The notes: generated from the sequence alone by a model not told the origin. Numbered from the stretch's first letter, positions 47,772 to 57,366 are shown. The stretch is DNA of 63,198 nt from a virus (IMGVR_UViG_3300035136_000041:1-63198); one strand, 5' to 3'. Numbers and translations are program-made.

Positions 47772-47827
47772 CCCGTCTGCCACGCCCTCCCGCCGCCGGG
47801 GGCCGGAGGGTATGGCAGCGCTATCGC
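47762..47827 (+). repeat. 66-bp hairpin-forming direct repeat, copy 1
   Basis: Identical to 48060-48125. Confidence 0.92.
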
Positions 47828-47844
47828 TAACACAGGAGATTGAG

Positions 47845-48069
47845 ATGCCACAAACAAGCTACCATTTAGGCAACGGGCCAGCTCGCCCATTAGCGTATCT
47901 GATGAGACGTGCAGCACGGGATTGCCGCGCCGAGGATTTAGATTCGCTTTGGGCTTGGGCCACGGATCCTGCCCGAAAAAGCGGCGACCGGTGGGTTTCG
48001 CCGCTCTGCTATAGATGCGGGACAGCTGCGGGGCGGCCGCGTCTGGTGGTCACGGTAGCCGAGCAATAG
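47845..48069 (+). CDS. Hypothetical protein flanked by the 66-bp repeats
   Basis: AGGAG before ATG; stop codon inside repeat copy 2. Confidence 0.55.
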   Translation: MPQTSYHLGNGPARPLAYLMRRAARDCRAEDLDSLWAWATDPARKSGDRWVSPLCYRCGTAAGRPRLVVTVAEQ

Positions 48070-48125
48070 CCCGTCTGCCACGCCCTCCCGCCGCCGGGGG
48101 CCGGAGGGTATGGCAGCGCTATCGC
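48060..48125 (+). repeat. 66-bp hairpin-forming direct repeat, copy 2
   Basis: Identical to 47762-47827. Confidence 0.92.
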
Positions 48126-48311
48126 AGGAGATGACTATGACAGCGACAATCGAGGTCTGGTGCCTGGGCACAATCCACACACCAGCTACGCTGCACCATC
48201 TTGGCCGCGACTGGGTGGTGCACAAGGCACGTCACGTCTATTCGGAGACTGCCGGGCGCGTGGTCTCGCAGCTGACGATTGCGCCGGCTAAGAGCTGAGC
48301 CCACCACGGAG

Positions 48312-48557
48312 ATGATGATGTTCTACGAAATGAACGGAAAGACGTATCACCACAAGCATCTGTGCGTAGCATGCGGGTGTCGAATGGGGATCCACAAAGC
48401 TGGCACCGATGCCAATGGCCCAGAGGGTAGGTGTCCAGAGACCACGTCATTCGGATACGCGGCACCACTCAGAGATCTGGATGATCTCGACGCCGCCAAC
48501 AGAGAGTATGCGCGATATTGGGGAGCGAGCAAAACAATCTTCACACCGAAAATTTGA
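48312..48557 (+). CDS. Small Zn-binding early protein
   Basis: CVACG...H...RC. Confidence 0.5.
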   Translation: MMMFYEMNGKTYHHKHLCVACGCRMGIHKAGTDANGPEGRCPETTSFGYAAPLRDLDDLDAANREYARYWGASKTIFTPKI

Positions 48558-48615
48558 CTTGCACTCACCGAGTGGTGAGGTAAACTGAAGAGACAAACAG
48601 ACAGGAGATGAAACG

Positions 48616-48804
48616 ATGAAGAACGTGAATCAACCCAAGGACACCAAGTCGGTCGGCAACGTCGAGGCAATCAGGTGCTACTTCGGTCCCGATCGCCCGG
48701 TCACGGCAAACGAGCTCAAGGATCTCTCGAGCCAGGAGCGTCACGAGCTCGCCCGTCTTGCCTGCGAGGACATGGGTTGGACGCACTGCCCGCCGGTGGT
48801 GTGA
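48616..48804 (+). CDS. Hypothetical protein
   Basis: AGGAG before ATG; AIRCYFG...ELKDLSSQERHELARL. Confidence 0.6.
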   Translation: MKNVNQPKDTKSVGNVEAIRCYFGPDRPVTANELKDLSSQERHELARLACEDMGWTHCPPVV

Positions 48805-49660
48805 GCCAAAGGATTGATCAAGAGTTGGGGAATGCCGCTCAGCGTATTAGACGGCTCTAGGCATGACGGCGGGGAGAGACCCGCATCCCAAGGGAGATCG
48901 AAATGAAGTTGACTCGCAAGCACATCAAGCACAAAACCTGGGGGCTGTTTGACAAGGATGGCCGCCGCTTTGTTATTGGCTCTGCAATCATTCGCGAGCA
49001 TCCTCTCCACGGCACGATCCACCTCGGGGAGCCGCGCTTCTACGACGGGAAATAGTTTGCTTCAACTCCGCGCTTGCGGGCACGGGGTTGACTCGATACT
49101 ATCGACTGGAAGGAGACCCACATGAATGACGCGGTGAAGCGCCAATTGAGGCTGATGTTTCGTAGGCTGCGACAGTCCTCGGATTTACACCGACAAGATA
49201 CATTCAGAGGATACATTTGGGCTTTGAGTGACACTGATACCATCTCTATGAAGACAAGAGAAAGATTAATGAAGGCAATGGTTACCTGTTGCATGAGAGT
49301 GTGAAGTGGTAAGCCCGGCTACTCGGAGCTGATAGATGATGGACGCCTGTGACCACTACAGACTAATAACGGAGCCCCTGCCTCAGATGTTTTCCATTTA
49401 CATAGGTGGCCCGTTCCTGTACTGGCCAAGATTTTCGAGGTCGATCTACGGCCTCTCCAAGAACAACCCTAGCTGGCCAAGTCGGCGGCGCAAGCTGCCG
49501 AGGAGAATCGGACGATGATTAGACTCAAGTTTCTGCATATACCCTTTGCATCGACGATATACATCGAGTATATGCCAGGTGGTGACCACCGCAAATATCG
49601 AGACTTTTTCCTGTTTGGCGTGAGGATAGCGCGCTGGGGAATAAACTTTTCAGGATAATA

Positions 49661-50005
49661 ATGAGAATGGACCTCACAAGCGACGATTTAGATCTCGCAG
49701 CCCGCCGTCTATGCCGACAACACCTGCTCGGCAATCACGGAGAGCTCCACAAGCATCGGCACGTATTCGTCAAGGGGTATTCGATTGCTGGGCGGCGTGG
49801 GCAGATCGAACCGCTGTCGATGAAGGCCTGGCACGACGCACTTGCACGAGAGATGATCCGTCGTGGTTACCGGCACAACAGTCCATACGAATTACCACCA
49901 CTTGACTACTTGCCTTACGAGGATTTGCATGGTAGGGTCGATCGGGTGGCTGCTCTGAGGTATCTCAAGGGTAGGTGTTCTAGATGCCGCAGTGGAGGAT
50001 TGTGA
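49661..50005 (+). CDS. Pyrimidine-dimer DNA glycosylase-like (DenV family) protein
   Basis: LCRQHLLGNHGELHK...HDALAREMIRRGYRHNSP...L..RC.RC. Confidence 0.75.
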   Translation: MRMDLTSDDLDLAARRLCRQHLLGNHGELHKHRHVFVKGYSIAGRRGQIEPLSMKAWHDALAREMIRRGYRHNSPYELPPLDYLPYEDLHGRVDRVAALRYLKGRCSRCRSGGL

Positions 50006-50269
50006 TGCGATTAAAGAGTTCGGTAGATTTAGAGCGTCTTTTGAATCGATTAGGGACCCCGACCGTTGTGATACGTTCGATGAACTTTCCCGAGGCTGCC
50101 AAGTTTACCGCAACTCAATGTTGGCTTAGACGATCCCCAGAAGACGAAGATACGGCTGAGCTCAGACGTCAGCTTCTGTTTTTGCATGAGCATGGGTCGT
50201 TTGATTATAGATCTGATCTGTGATAGGTTGAGAGAACCGAACGAAAGAGAACAACGGTGAGGTGGAACG

Positions 50270-50491
50270 ATGACTAAGTTGTTTGTAATTATATTTTGGG
50301 TCATTGGTGCGATCGGCTTTGGTGCTTGTTTAAAAATCATTCTCATGGACAGCGAGCTACAGCAATGTCAAGCTCGACATCAGAAAGTCTGTCCTCCTTT
50401 GACAGGGTGTGAAATCGAAAAAAGCGCACCTGGAGTGTTCACTATACGTACGATCCCCTGCCAGCAAGTCTGCGCGGAGTATGGAGATTGA
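50270..50491 (+). CDS. Small membrane protein
   Basis: N-terminal TM, several Cys. Confidence 0.5.
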   Translation: MTKLFVIIFWVIGAIGFGACLKIILMDSELQQCQARHQKVCPPLTGCEIEKSAPGVFTIRTIPCQQVCAEYGD

Positions 50492-51067
50492 AATGAGCAA
50501 GACGGATCGAAAAGAGTTCATTGCTGAGGCCATGATTGCGTGGGTGGGTGGATATGTGGCGTGCCCAGACAAGTCTACTTGATTTTTCAGCGTAGTCATG
50601 GTGGAATGGTGGACAGGTTGCTTGCTACGGCGGTCACTCGAGAGCTCGCCGAGAAGTGCCGGGAAAGGCTGAAGCGATGAAGAAGCGCATACAAAGGAAG
50701 ATAGCGTTGTCGATGATTGTTGGTCTGCTCGAGATGTATCGAGACCGTGAACAAGAATGGCTTAGAGAACTAGCTCTTGGTGTTTGTAAGGAAGCTGGCT
50801 CGACAAACGACTCCGACGTGAATCTTGTCATGAAGACGTTCGATGAATTCATCGAAGAGCTGAAGGTGAAGAGATGAAGAAGCGAGGGCCGAAACGCAAG
50901 GTGAGACACGCGAGGCGTTTGCTGTGTCATAATAGATGGGACTTGATTCTCGAGTGCGGGCATGCAGTTGAACGGCCGGTGAAGAGCAGGTTATCCTGGG
51001 GCCACAGTCACGACGGGTCTATCGAAGACTCTGCTCCCGGTTGGGTCTACTGCGAAAGGTGCGCGGA

Positions 51068-51292
51068 GTGAGCAAGCAATCTCAACAGAAGCTTATCGAC
51101 GAATGGAACGCTAAATATCCGGTGGGGACTGAGGTGGAGTATTGGAATTTTCCACCGGATGAAAAATCGAATGCAAGACGTTCAAGGACGAGATCCGAAG
51201 CTAAGATGCTTGGTGGGCATACTGCAGTTATATGGCTGGAGGGCGTGCCAGGGTGTTGGTGTCTGACTCACGTCTGCCCACTCTGCCCTTGA
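51068..51292 (+). CDS. Hypothetical phage protein
   Basis: WNAKYPVGTEV.Y...TRSEA..LGGHTAVIWLEG..GC. Confidence 0.65.
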   Translation: MSKQSQQKLIDEWNAKYPVGTEVEYWNFPPDEKSNARRSRTRSEAKMLGGHTAVIWLEGVPGCWCLTHVCPLCP

Positions 51293-51547
51293 CACCAATC
51301 TCCTTTCCTGGTAGTGGAGAAACTATGTCAAACATTATAGCTGTAGTGCCAGAGTATCATTCTGCCCCTGGTCGGTGGAATTACACGATCATGATCATTC
51401 GTTACGAGAATGGAGAACTCAAAAGAGAGTATCTGCAACCAGAAGAGATGGGACGTGATGTGAGGGCTCTGTTCAAAATCTGCGCGACGGCGCATGATGA
51501 GCTCAAGAAGGCTGTGATTCATCATCTGGCGTTGAAGGAGGAAGAGG

Positions 51548-51784
51548 ATGAAGCTGACTGAAGAAATCAAGAAGGCGATTGCTGAGGAAGTTGCCACATG
51601 TGCTGTTCTCGAGCCTGGCCCATTATGCAAACTTCATAGTAACGTCTCATGTGATGAATGCCCATATACGACGATGCTTGGTGCCTCATGCGGGTATTTT
51701 TGGACTGAAATTCCAAACGATGATGGCTACAAGCTCCTCGTCGCGTATCTGCTTGCCGACGTATGCGGAGTGGAGGTGAAGTGA
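51548..51784 (+). CDS. Cys-rich protein (paralog A)
   Basis: LCKLH...CDECPY...GASC...KLLVAYLLADVCGVEVK. Confidence 0.55.
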   Translation: MKLTEEIKKAIAEEVATCAVLEPGPLCKLHSNVSCDECPYTTMLGASCGYFWTEIPNDDGYKLLVAYLLADVCGVEVK

Positions 51785-52062
51785 TGGAACGAAGGCTCTC
51801 TCTTGAAGAAGCCGTTATCAGAACCGTCAAACGCCATAGTGATTTTGTTGATGGAGTTACTCCTGAGTTTTTTGGTTGTCAACTATGCGATTATGCCGAG
51901 CCGGATTGTCGCAGATGTCCTTGTGTTCAGGTATTCGGCGCTCACTGTAACGGAATAAATCTACCTTCGCACCCTCTAGACGAACACTATCCCCGCACTC
52001 ACGAGGAGAAACTTCTCGCTGCTTGCATGATTGCAGCTGTGCTCGGGATTGAGGTGGAGTGA
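51784..52062 (+). CDS. Cys-rich protein (paralog B)
   Basis: CQLC...CRRCPC...GAHC...KLLAACMIAAVLGIEVE. Confidence 0.55.
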   Translation: MERRLSLEEAVIRTVKRHSDFVDGVTPEFFGCQLCDYAEPDCRRCPCVQVFGAHCNGINLPSHPLDEHYPRTHEEKLLAACMIAAVLGIEVE

Positions 52063-52646
52063 TGACTCAACAACTTACTATGTTCGAAGACGTTCTGCTT
52101 TGGTCCAAAGCGGTTGGGCAATACATTCAACAGAATGCAGGGCTGTCTATGTGCGGAAAAGAGTTCAAAGCTCAAGGGCTTTCTATGACTCTTGTTGCTG
52201 AGGAATTCGATGAGCTGAAGATAGCATTCCTGACTGGCGACGTGAAAGAGATAGCTGATGCTCTCGCCGATCTCGTCTGGGTGTGCCTCCGTATGGCGCA
52301 AGCTTTTGGTATTGACTTCGATGCTGCTTGGTGCGAGGTATCCCGGACGAATTGGGAGAAGGTTGGTGGGCCTAGACGAGAGGACGGAAAACTGCTAAAG
52401 CCGCCCGGGTGGAAGCCGCCGGATATGACGAAGGCATTGAGTGCTGACTTGTATGAGCGGATTGCCCAGCTTCTCACGATAGTACCACCACCTGAGAAAA
52501 AGAAATGCCCCAAATGTTGTGGCGAGGGTTGGGTATGGGGGAGAGATCTAGACACCGATCGCAAGGATATGATCCTTGACGATATGATGTACCCATGCGA
52601 CAATCCTGGGTGCGTGGATGGTTTTGTTGAAGAGGAGGAGACATGA
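52059..52646 (+). CDS. MazG-like NTP pyrophosphohydrolase with C-terminal Zn finger
   Basis: LVAEEFDEL...EIADALADLVWV...EVSRTNWEK...REDGKLLKPPGWKPPD. Confidence 0.85.
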   Translation: MMTQQLTMFEDVLLWSKAVGQYIQQNAGLSMCGKEFKAQGLSMTLVAEEFDELKIAFLTGDVKEIADALADLVWVCLRMAQAFGIDFDAAWCEVSRTNWEKVGGPRREDGKLLKPPGWKPPDMTKALSADLYERIAQLLTIVPPPEKKKCPKCCGEGWVWGRDLDTDRKDMILDDMMYPCDNPGCVDGFVEEEET

Positions 52647-53086
52647 AAGACACGATGGAATTACCAGTCAAATTGACCAAGGGCGAGAAACTCCGATGCG
52701 GAGAATTAGCAGCCAGTCTGGCTCACCAAGCTCACGTGCTTGAGGAACAGCGCAAGTTACAGAACGCCGAGCTGAAATCTCAAATCGATGCGTTGAACGA
52801 TCAGATTGGCGAGCTCTTCGATCAATTGCGTACCGGCGAGCAAGTCCGCGAGGTCGAGGTCGAGAGGGAGAAGGACTACGAGCACGGAGTGGAGCGAATC
52901 ACGAGGCTCGATATTGACGAGGTGATCAGCGAGCGGACTCTGGGGCCGGAGGAGATGCAGCAAGACTTGCCCGGTACCAACTATGATGGGCCGCCGGAGG
53001 GCGCCTCCGAGGAGGAAAAGCTTGTGTATTTGAAGGGGCGAGTTCGGAGGAAGCAGAAAGAGTTGCGAGGTGAGAGCAAACAATGA
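52643..53086 (+). CDS. Hypothetical coiled-coil phage protein
   Basis: LPVKLT...GEQVREVE...RLD..EVISER...EMQQDL. Confidence 0.65.
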   Translation: MKDTMELPVKLTKGEKLRCGELAASLAHQAHVLEEQRKLQNAELKSQIDALNDQIGELFDQLRTGEQVREVEVEREKDYEHGVERITRLDIDEVISERTLGPEEMQQDLPGTNYDGPPEGASEEEKLVYLKGRVRRKQKELRGESKQ

Positions 53087-53979
53087 GAGCTGACTGGAAA
53101 GCGATTAGGACGGTATATTATTGGGGTGGATTAAAGAATGCCAGAATTTGGTCTGAAACACCACTTCTCGATACATTAGATTTCTCTAAGACAATTTCTT
53201 TATACCCACGCAATGTCCCATGTATGGGTTTGTCACATTTGCCGAATTTACCGATGTGTCCAGTCATTATAAGAATTAACCGTGGGTATAATCTATATCA
53301 TCGTATGGATCCGGTTATTGGTTTTCCGGTAAAGAAAGCAGAAGATGATTCGAATCTATCAATTTATTCTACCGCTGCCAGGATCAGTCGGAACGCAGAA
53401 TCGGATTCAATATGGAATATTGAAATTGTTTACGAATTGGATGATGTTGCACTACAGATTGCCGATAGAAAGCAATTTATCTATATGAGAATAATATATG
53501 ATTTTTGTGAGAACAAAATTGACATCTTTAATTGGCGTGGTAAAATTGTCAATATAGACAATCGCAGCGATGAGTTCGAGAGGCGCCATGTTTATGATGT
53601 TATCAAGATTATTAATGCTATCGATCACTCTTCTAAGCACGTTGTTGAGGTCATGCAGCTCGCTGCTGACGGCAAACCTATGCGAGCAAGACATACCACT
53701 AAACCTTGGACTCGTGAAGATCCCCGTAATGTGATTTTGATAGATCCATCCGAGGCGAAGAAGTACGGCCATCGAATCGACCGCTGCGGGACGCATGCCA
53801 GCCCAATCCCTCACACACGTCGAGGTCACTACGCAACACTTCGGGCTGATCGTTTCGGAGTAAATAAAGGCAAGAGGATATGGAGAAAACCAGCTTGGGT
53901 TGGCGATACAGAGTGGATTTTTGAAGGAAGACAGTATAAAGTTATCTCTCCCGAAGCGATGCGCGGAGGTGCAATGTAA
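53083..53979 (+). CDS. Hypothetical protein (AT-rich 5' half; HxRRGH motif)
   Basis: HASPIPHTRRGHY...IWRKPAWVG. Confidence 0.7.
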   Translation: MRADWKAIRTVYYWGGLKNARIWSETPLLDTLDFSKTISLYPRNVPCMGLSHLPNLPMCPVIIRINRGYNLYHRMDPVIGFPVKKAEDDSNLSIYSTAARISRNAESDSIWNIEIVYELDDVALQIADRKQFIYMRIIYDFCENKIDIFNWRGKIVNIDNRSDEFERRHVYDVIKIINAIDHSSKHVVEVMQLAADGKPMRARHTTKPWTREDPRNVILIDPSEAKKYGHRIDRCGTHASPIPHTRRGHYATLRADRFGVNKGKRIWRKPAWVGDTEWIFEGRQYKVISPEAMRGGAM

Positions 53980-54054
53980 TGCATGGTGGGGCTTGGCGGG
54001 GCGATGCTGGGCAAGGCGAAGTAAAGCAAGGCGAAGTAAAGCAAGGCAAGGTTA
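53955..54054 (+). repeat. Pentamer array 1 (NGY-NN x20)
   Basis: Strict 5-nt periodicity of G-Y, e.g. GGT GG GGC TT GGC GG GGC GA TGC TG GGC AA. Confidence 0.85.
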
Positions 54055-54059
54055 ATCAG

Positions 54060-54395
54060 ATGAATGTTTGCATAGTTTGTACGGAATTCAATCGTGGGAA
54101 TTCGACCAAGTTCGCTGCGATCGATCTTGCTAGTCGAGATATCGCCAGCTACGTGTCGAACAACTACGCTCACATCGATCGGTGTGAGGCAGTCTACGTC
54201 TATAATGCGGATGGAAGAATCAATTTCGACGTGGCGGCTTGTATTGGGTACGCTATCGCCAAAAAGAAGGTGATCTTCTCGTTCTTACCGATTGGGCTCT
54301 CTGCCATCGAGGTTCCGGTGTGCGATCCGGACGAGCTGACTAATCAGGTGATTCTGGACGAGTTTGTGAAGAACAGGATCGGGGATGAATCATGA
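54060..54395 (+). CDS. Hypothetical protein (NDT/TIR-like Rossmannoid)
   Basis: HIDRCEAVYVYN...IGYAIAKKKVI. Confidence 0.55.
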   Translation: MNVCIVCTEFNRGNSTKFAAIDLASRDIASYVSNNYAHIDRCEAVYVYNADGRINFDVAACIGYAIAKKKVIFSFLPIGLSAIEVPVCDPDELTNQVILDEFVKNRIGDES

Positions 54396-54474
54396 GATTA
54401 TCGCCAGCCCCGGGCTATAGCAGCGCGCACTGCTGTAGTTTGGACCCCGGGGCTGGCGGTATGTGGAGATCGAT

Positions 54475-55032
54475 ATGAGTGAAGCTCTGGAACTTGTCTT
54501 CAAAGGCTCGGATAAAGTCGTAGCCTATGCATGCTCACGATGTGGGCGAATGTCGAGCTTGAGGGACTTGGCTGAGATGTGCTGCGAGCCAGACATATGC
54601 GAGTGCGGCCGAACATGTAGGAAGCCATGGACGGCATGCGATTCGTGTCGAGAGGAGAAGAGGCAGGAGAAGGAACGCAAGAAGTTTGAAGCAGCGGAGA
54701 AGATTCCGTGGGAGCGATACGACGGGCCAGTTTACTTCGACGACGAGTATTATTCGGATGTCGAGGAGATGGCCGATTGTCTTGCATGTGCAGGTATTGA
54801 GTTGCCTGAGTATGTCTGGGCTTGCACGAAGTTTAATTTGACTCTCAATGCTGTAGATATCATCTACAATGAACTCGAGGCGCAAGAGTTCCACGAGGGC
54901 GCCTTTGATCAAGTTGTCGCTATCGAGGAACTCCAAGAATCCATTGATGAGTGGTTGAGGAAGCAGGATCTAGAATCGTGGTTTGTATCTGATACAAAGG
55001 CTATTTTGTTGGAGGGGTTTCAAGATGAGTAA
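54475..55032 (+). CDS. Cys-rich hypothetical phage protein
   Basis: CSRCG...CCEP..CECG...CDSC; PEYVWAC. Confidence 0.65.
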   Translation: MSEALELVFKGSDKVVAYACSRCGRMSSLRDLAEMCCEPDICECGRTCRKPWTACDSCREEKRQEKERKKFEAAEKIPWERYDGPVYFDDEYYSDVEEMADCLACAGIELPEYVWACTKFNLTLNAVDIIYNELEAQEFHEGAFDQVVAIEELQESIDEWLRKQDLESWFVSDTKAILLEGFQDE

Positions 55033-55237
55033 GTGGTTGCTTCGTTGGTGGCTTTTAGTGTTGGTGTGGTGGTGGATGCTCGGCGCTGTACTACTGTACG
55101 CTACGCTTGCCGATGGGCAGGTGGCCTCCTATATCAATCGGTGGATGATCTACAACGATTGGCTGCATTTCGGTGCGGTGTTTCTTCTCCCTCCAGTAGT
55201 TGTGTGTTTGCTATGGAGAGTATCGGAATGGCTGTAG
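55025..55237 (+). CDS. Small membrane protein
   Basis: Two Trp-rich hydrophobic segments. Confidence 0.5.
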   Translation: MSKWLLRWWLLVLVWWWMLGAVLLYATLADGQVASYINRWMIYNDWLHFGAVFLLPPVVVCLLWRVSEWL

Positions 55238-55315
55238 TTTGGCACTGCGGGGCGCCGCATGGCGCTGCGTAGCATGGTGGGGTGAGGCGGGGCGAGCCCA
55301 GGCAAGGCAAGGTTA
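55236..55315 (+). repeat. Pentamer array 2 (NGY-NN x16)
   Basis: AGT TT GGC AC TGC GG GGC GC CGC AT GGC GC TGC GT AGC AT GGT GG GGT GA GGC GG GGC GA GCC CA GGC AA GGC AA GGT TA. Confidence 0.85.
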
Positions 55316-55319
55316 ATAG

Positions 55320-55802
55320 ATGATTTTTATTGGGATTGATTGTGGGCTAAAAGGAGCCGTATCTGTAGTCTGTAATGAAAAACAGCGTGTCTACGATATG
55401 CCTGTGGTGTCAAAGCTCCGCTGCAGGAAGGGCAAGAAGGTGAAGGTGAGTCAAGTTGATGAAATAGGTTTGTCTCAACTCATGGAGTCATTACCGAGTG
55501 TGTGTCGACTCACCATCGAAGACGTCCATGCAATGCCACATCAAGGAGTGACATCATCATTCAACTTCGGCCGTTCGTTTGGCGTTGTGCTCGGGGTAGT
55601 TTCTGCTCTCGGTTTTGCGTACAATCTAGTTTCTCCACAGAAATGGAAGCGTGAGTTTGGCTTGATTGGCGCAGACAAGGATGCCTCAACTTGGCTAGCG
55701 AAGAAATTGTTTCCTGGAGCCGCAGAGTTCATGACAAAGAAATCTCATCACGGCAGAGCCGAAGCATTGCTGTTGGCTGAATATGGGAGGAGGATGCTGT
55801 AG
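55320..55802 (+). CDS. RuvC-like Holliday junction resolvase
   Basis: FIGIDCG..GA, TIEDVHAMP.QGVTSSFNFG, VSPQKWK, GRAEALLLA. Confidence 0.88.
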   Translation: MIFIGIDCGLKGAVSVVCNEKQRVYDMPVVSKLRCRKGKKVKVSQVDEIGLSQLMESLPSVCRLTIEDVHAMPHQGVTSSFNFGRSFGVVLGVVSALGFAYNLVSPQKWKREFGLIGADKDASTWLAKKLFPGAAEFMTKKSHHGRAEALLLAEYGRRML

Positions 55803-56044
55803 TGACTCCGGAAGAATTCGTCAGAGGTAGAGATTGGATACACGATCGTGAGAGAGCAGTAGCCAGACGTGGCGAATTGCTTACCTTGATTCGAGATCAA
55901 CTCAGAGTTGCGTTCGCAGGTGTCCCCCCGCCGTGCGCCGGCTGCGGTGCCGTGAGGAGGTGGGAACAGCTCTACCGTTGTTGGCATTGCGGCTTGTGGT
56001 TGTGCAGTCGTTGCTCGAAGAAGCATTTTGGAGCTAGACCATGA
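55802..56044 (+). CDS. Zn-finger protein
   Basis: CAGC...YRCWHCGLWLCSRCSKKHFG. Confidence 0.6.
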   Translation: MTPEEFVRGRDWIHDRERAVARRGELLTLIRDQLRVAFAGVPPPCAGCGAVRRWEQLYRCWHCGLWLCSRCSKKHFGARP

Positions 56045-56200
56045 CTAAGTCTAGAGCCTATCGCGAGTTCAAGCAACGCTACCATTTACCCCTTTACAGC
56101 CACATCGAACGTATGGTACTGTGGCACGGATTTGTGAGTGAGCTGTGCAACGCGAGACGGATTACTGCCGAGACGATGACTAGGTGGCTAGGAGGGCAAG

Positions 56201-56635
56201 ATGGCTATCATCCCAGCTAAATCGATCAAGCTTATAGTGAATGGTGTTGAAATCACAAAAGAATATATCGATAGTCTCCGCATTGGATTTAAACCGGAGA
56301 TTGTGGATGCTTTTACAAAACCCATCCAAGGAGAGAAGTGCACTTCACTATCAGAATGGACTACAAGACATGAGGTCGAGAGATTCACAGAGTATGCTTA
56401 TTGGAAAAATCTGATAGAGGAAGATGGGGCATCACTCATAGTCGAAGTAAGGAATAATGATTGTATAGCCGCAGAGCGCATTCTGCATCAGCGAGTTGCT
56501 CGAAATCATAAATGGCCTTTCTGCCCAGTTCATCAGAGGAATGTCGATCTTGTTTTCTCTCACTTGGATGGCCGTGATGATGTGTTGATCCATATAGCCT
56601 ATTGGCTATGTAAGAAATGTGCTGAGGAAAAGTGA
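56201..56635 (+). CDS. Hypothetical protein
   Basis: GGAGG before ATG. Confidence 0.5.
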   Translation: MAIIPAKSIKLIVNGVEITKEYIDSLRIGFKPEIVDAFTKPIQGEKCTSLSEWTTRHEVERFTEYAYWKNLIEEDGASLIVEVRNNDCIAAERILHQRVARNHKWPFCPVHQRNVDLVFSHLDGRDDVLIHIAYWLCKKCAEEK

Positions 56636-57366
56636 AACCTCCATCAGAAAAACCACTCAGCCGCGAGGTTGAGATCGAACTGGCGAGGAAGTACAAAGAG
56701 TCGGGAGACATGCTCGCCGCCCACCGATTGATCTTGTCAAACACGGGTATGGTACGACAAATAGCCCATCAGTTCAGGCGGTATAAAGTACCTTTCGATG
56801 ATCTCGTTCAAGAAGGGTTCAGGGGTGTAATGCATGGCCTAAAGAAGTTCGATCCTAACAGAGGATACAGATTGGCCACTTATGCCGCATGGTGGGTCAG
56901 GGCATACATTATCAGGCACGTCATGGACAATTGGTCTATGGTCAAGTATGGGACTGTGCAGAGCGAGAGAGAAGCCTTTTTCAAATATCAACGCGGCGAT
57001 CTCCCATCAGATGAAGCTGAAGTAAGATTGGCCATGGGGGATTTTTATTTGGATGCTACTTTGTCTGAGTCGTCGTCGATGACCCATCTCGATATGATGA
57101 AATGTAATTCTCCAGATACGGATGAGTACGCCGCCCTCAGCGAGAAACAAATCATGGTGCAATCGGTGATCGCCGACATGGCGAGCTCAATGAGTGTGCA
57201 TGAGCGCATGTTGATCAAGTACAGGCTATTGACTCACAACCCGTGGACATTCGAGAAGTTAGCGAAGGAGTTGTCAATCTCTCGTCAACGTATACAACAG
57301 AAAGAGGCGCGGTTGAGACGCAAGCTGAGGGACCGCTTCGTAGCGGAGGGTCTCTCAATGTCCTAG
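56632..57366 (+). CDS. RNA polymerase sigma factor, RpoH (sigma-32)-like
   Basis: AAHRLILSN, DDLVQEG, KFDPNRGYRLATYAAWWVRAYI...NWSMVKYGT, region 4 ISRQRIQQKE. Confidence 0.9.
   Translation: MKPPSEKPLSREVEIELARKYKESGDMLAAHRLILSNTGMVRQIAHQFRRYKVPFDDLVQEGFRGVMHGLKKFDPNRGYRLATYAAWWVRAYIIRHVMDNWSMVKYGTVQSEREAFFKYQRGDLPSDEAEVRLAMGDFYLDATLSESSSMTHLDMMKCNSPDTDEYAALSEKQIMVQSVIADMASSMSVHERMLIKYRLLTHNPWTFEKLAKELSISRQRIQQKEARLRRKLRDRFVAEGLSMS

Noticed and set aside
53979-54059. N-terminal extension MHGGAWRGDAGQGEVKQGEVKQ of ORF 53979..54395
   Set aside because: It is a translation of the pentamer array; ATG 54060 is the more likely start
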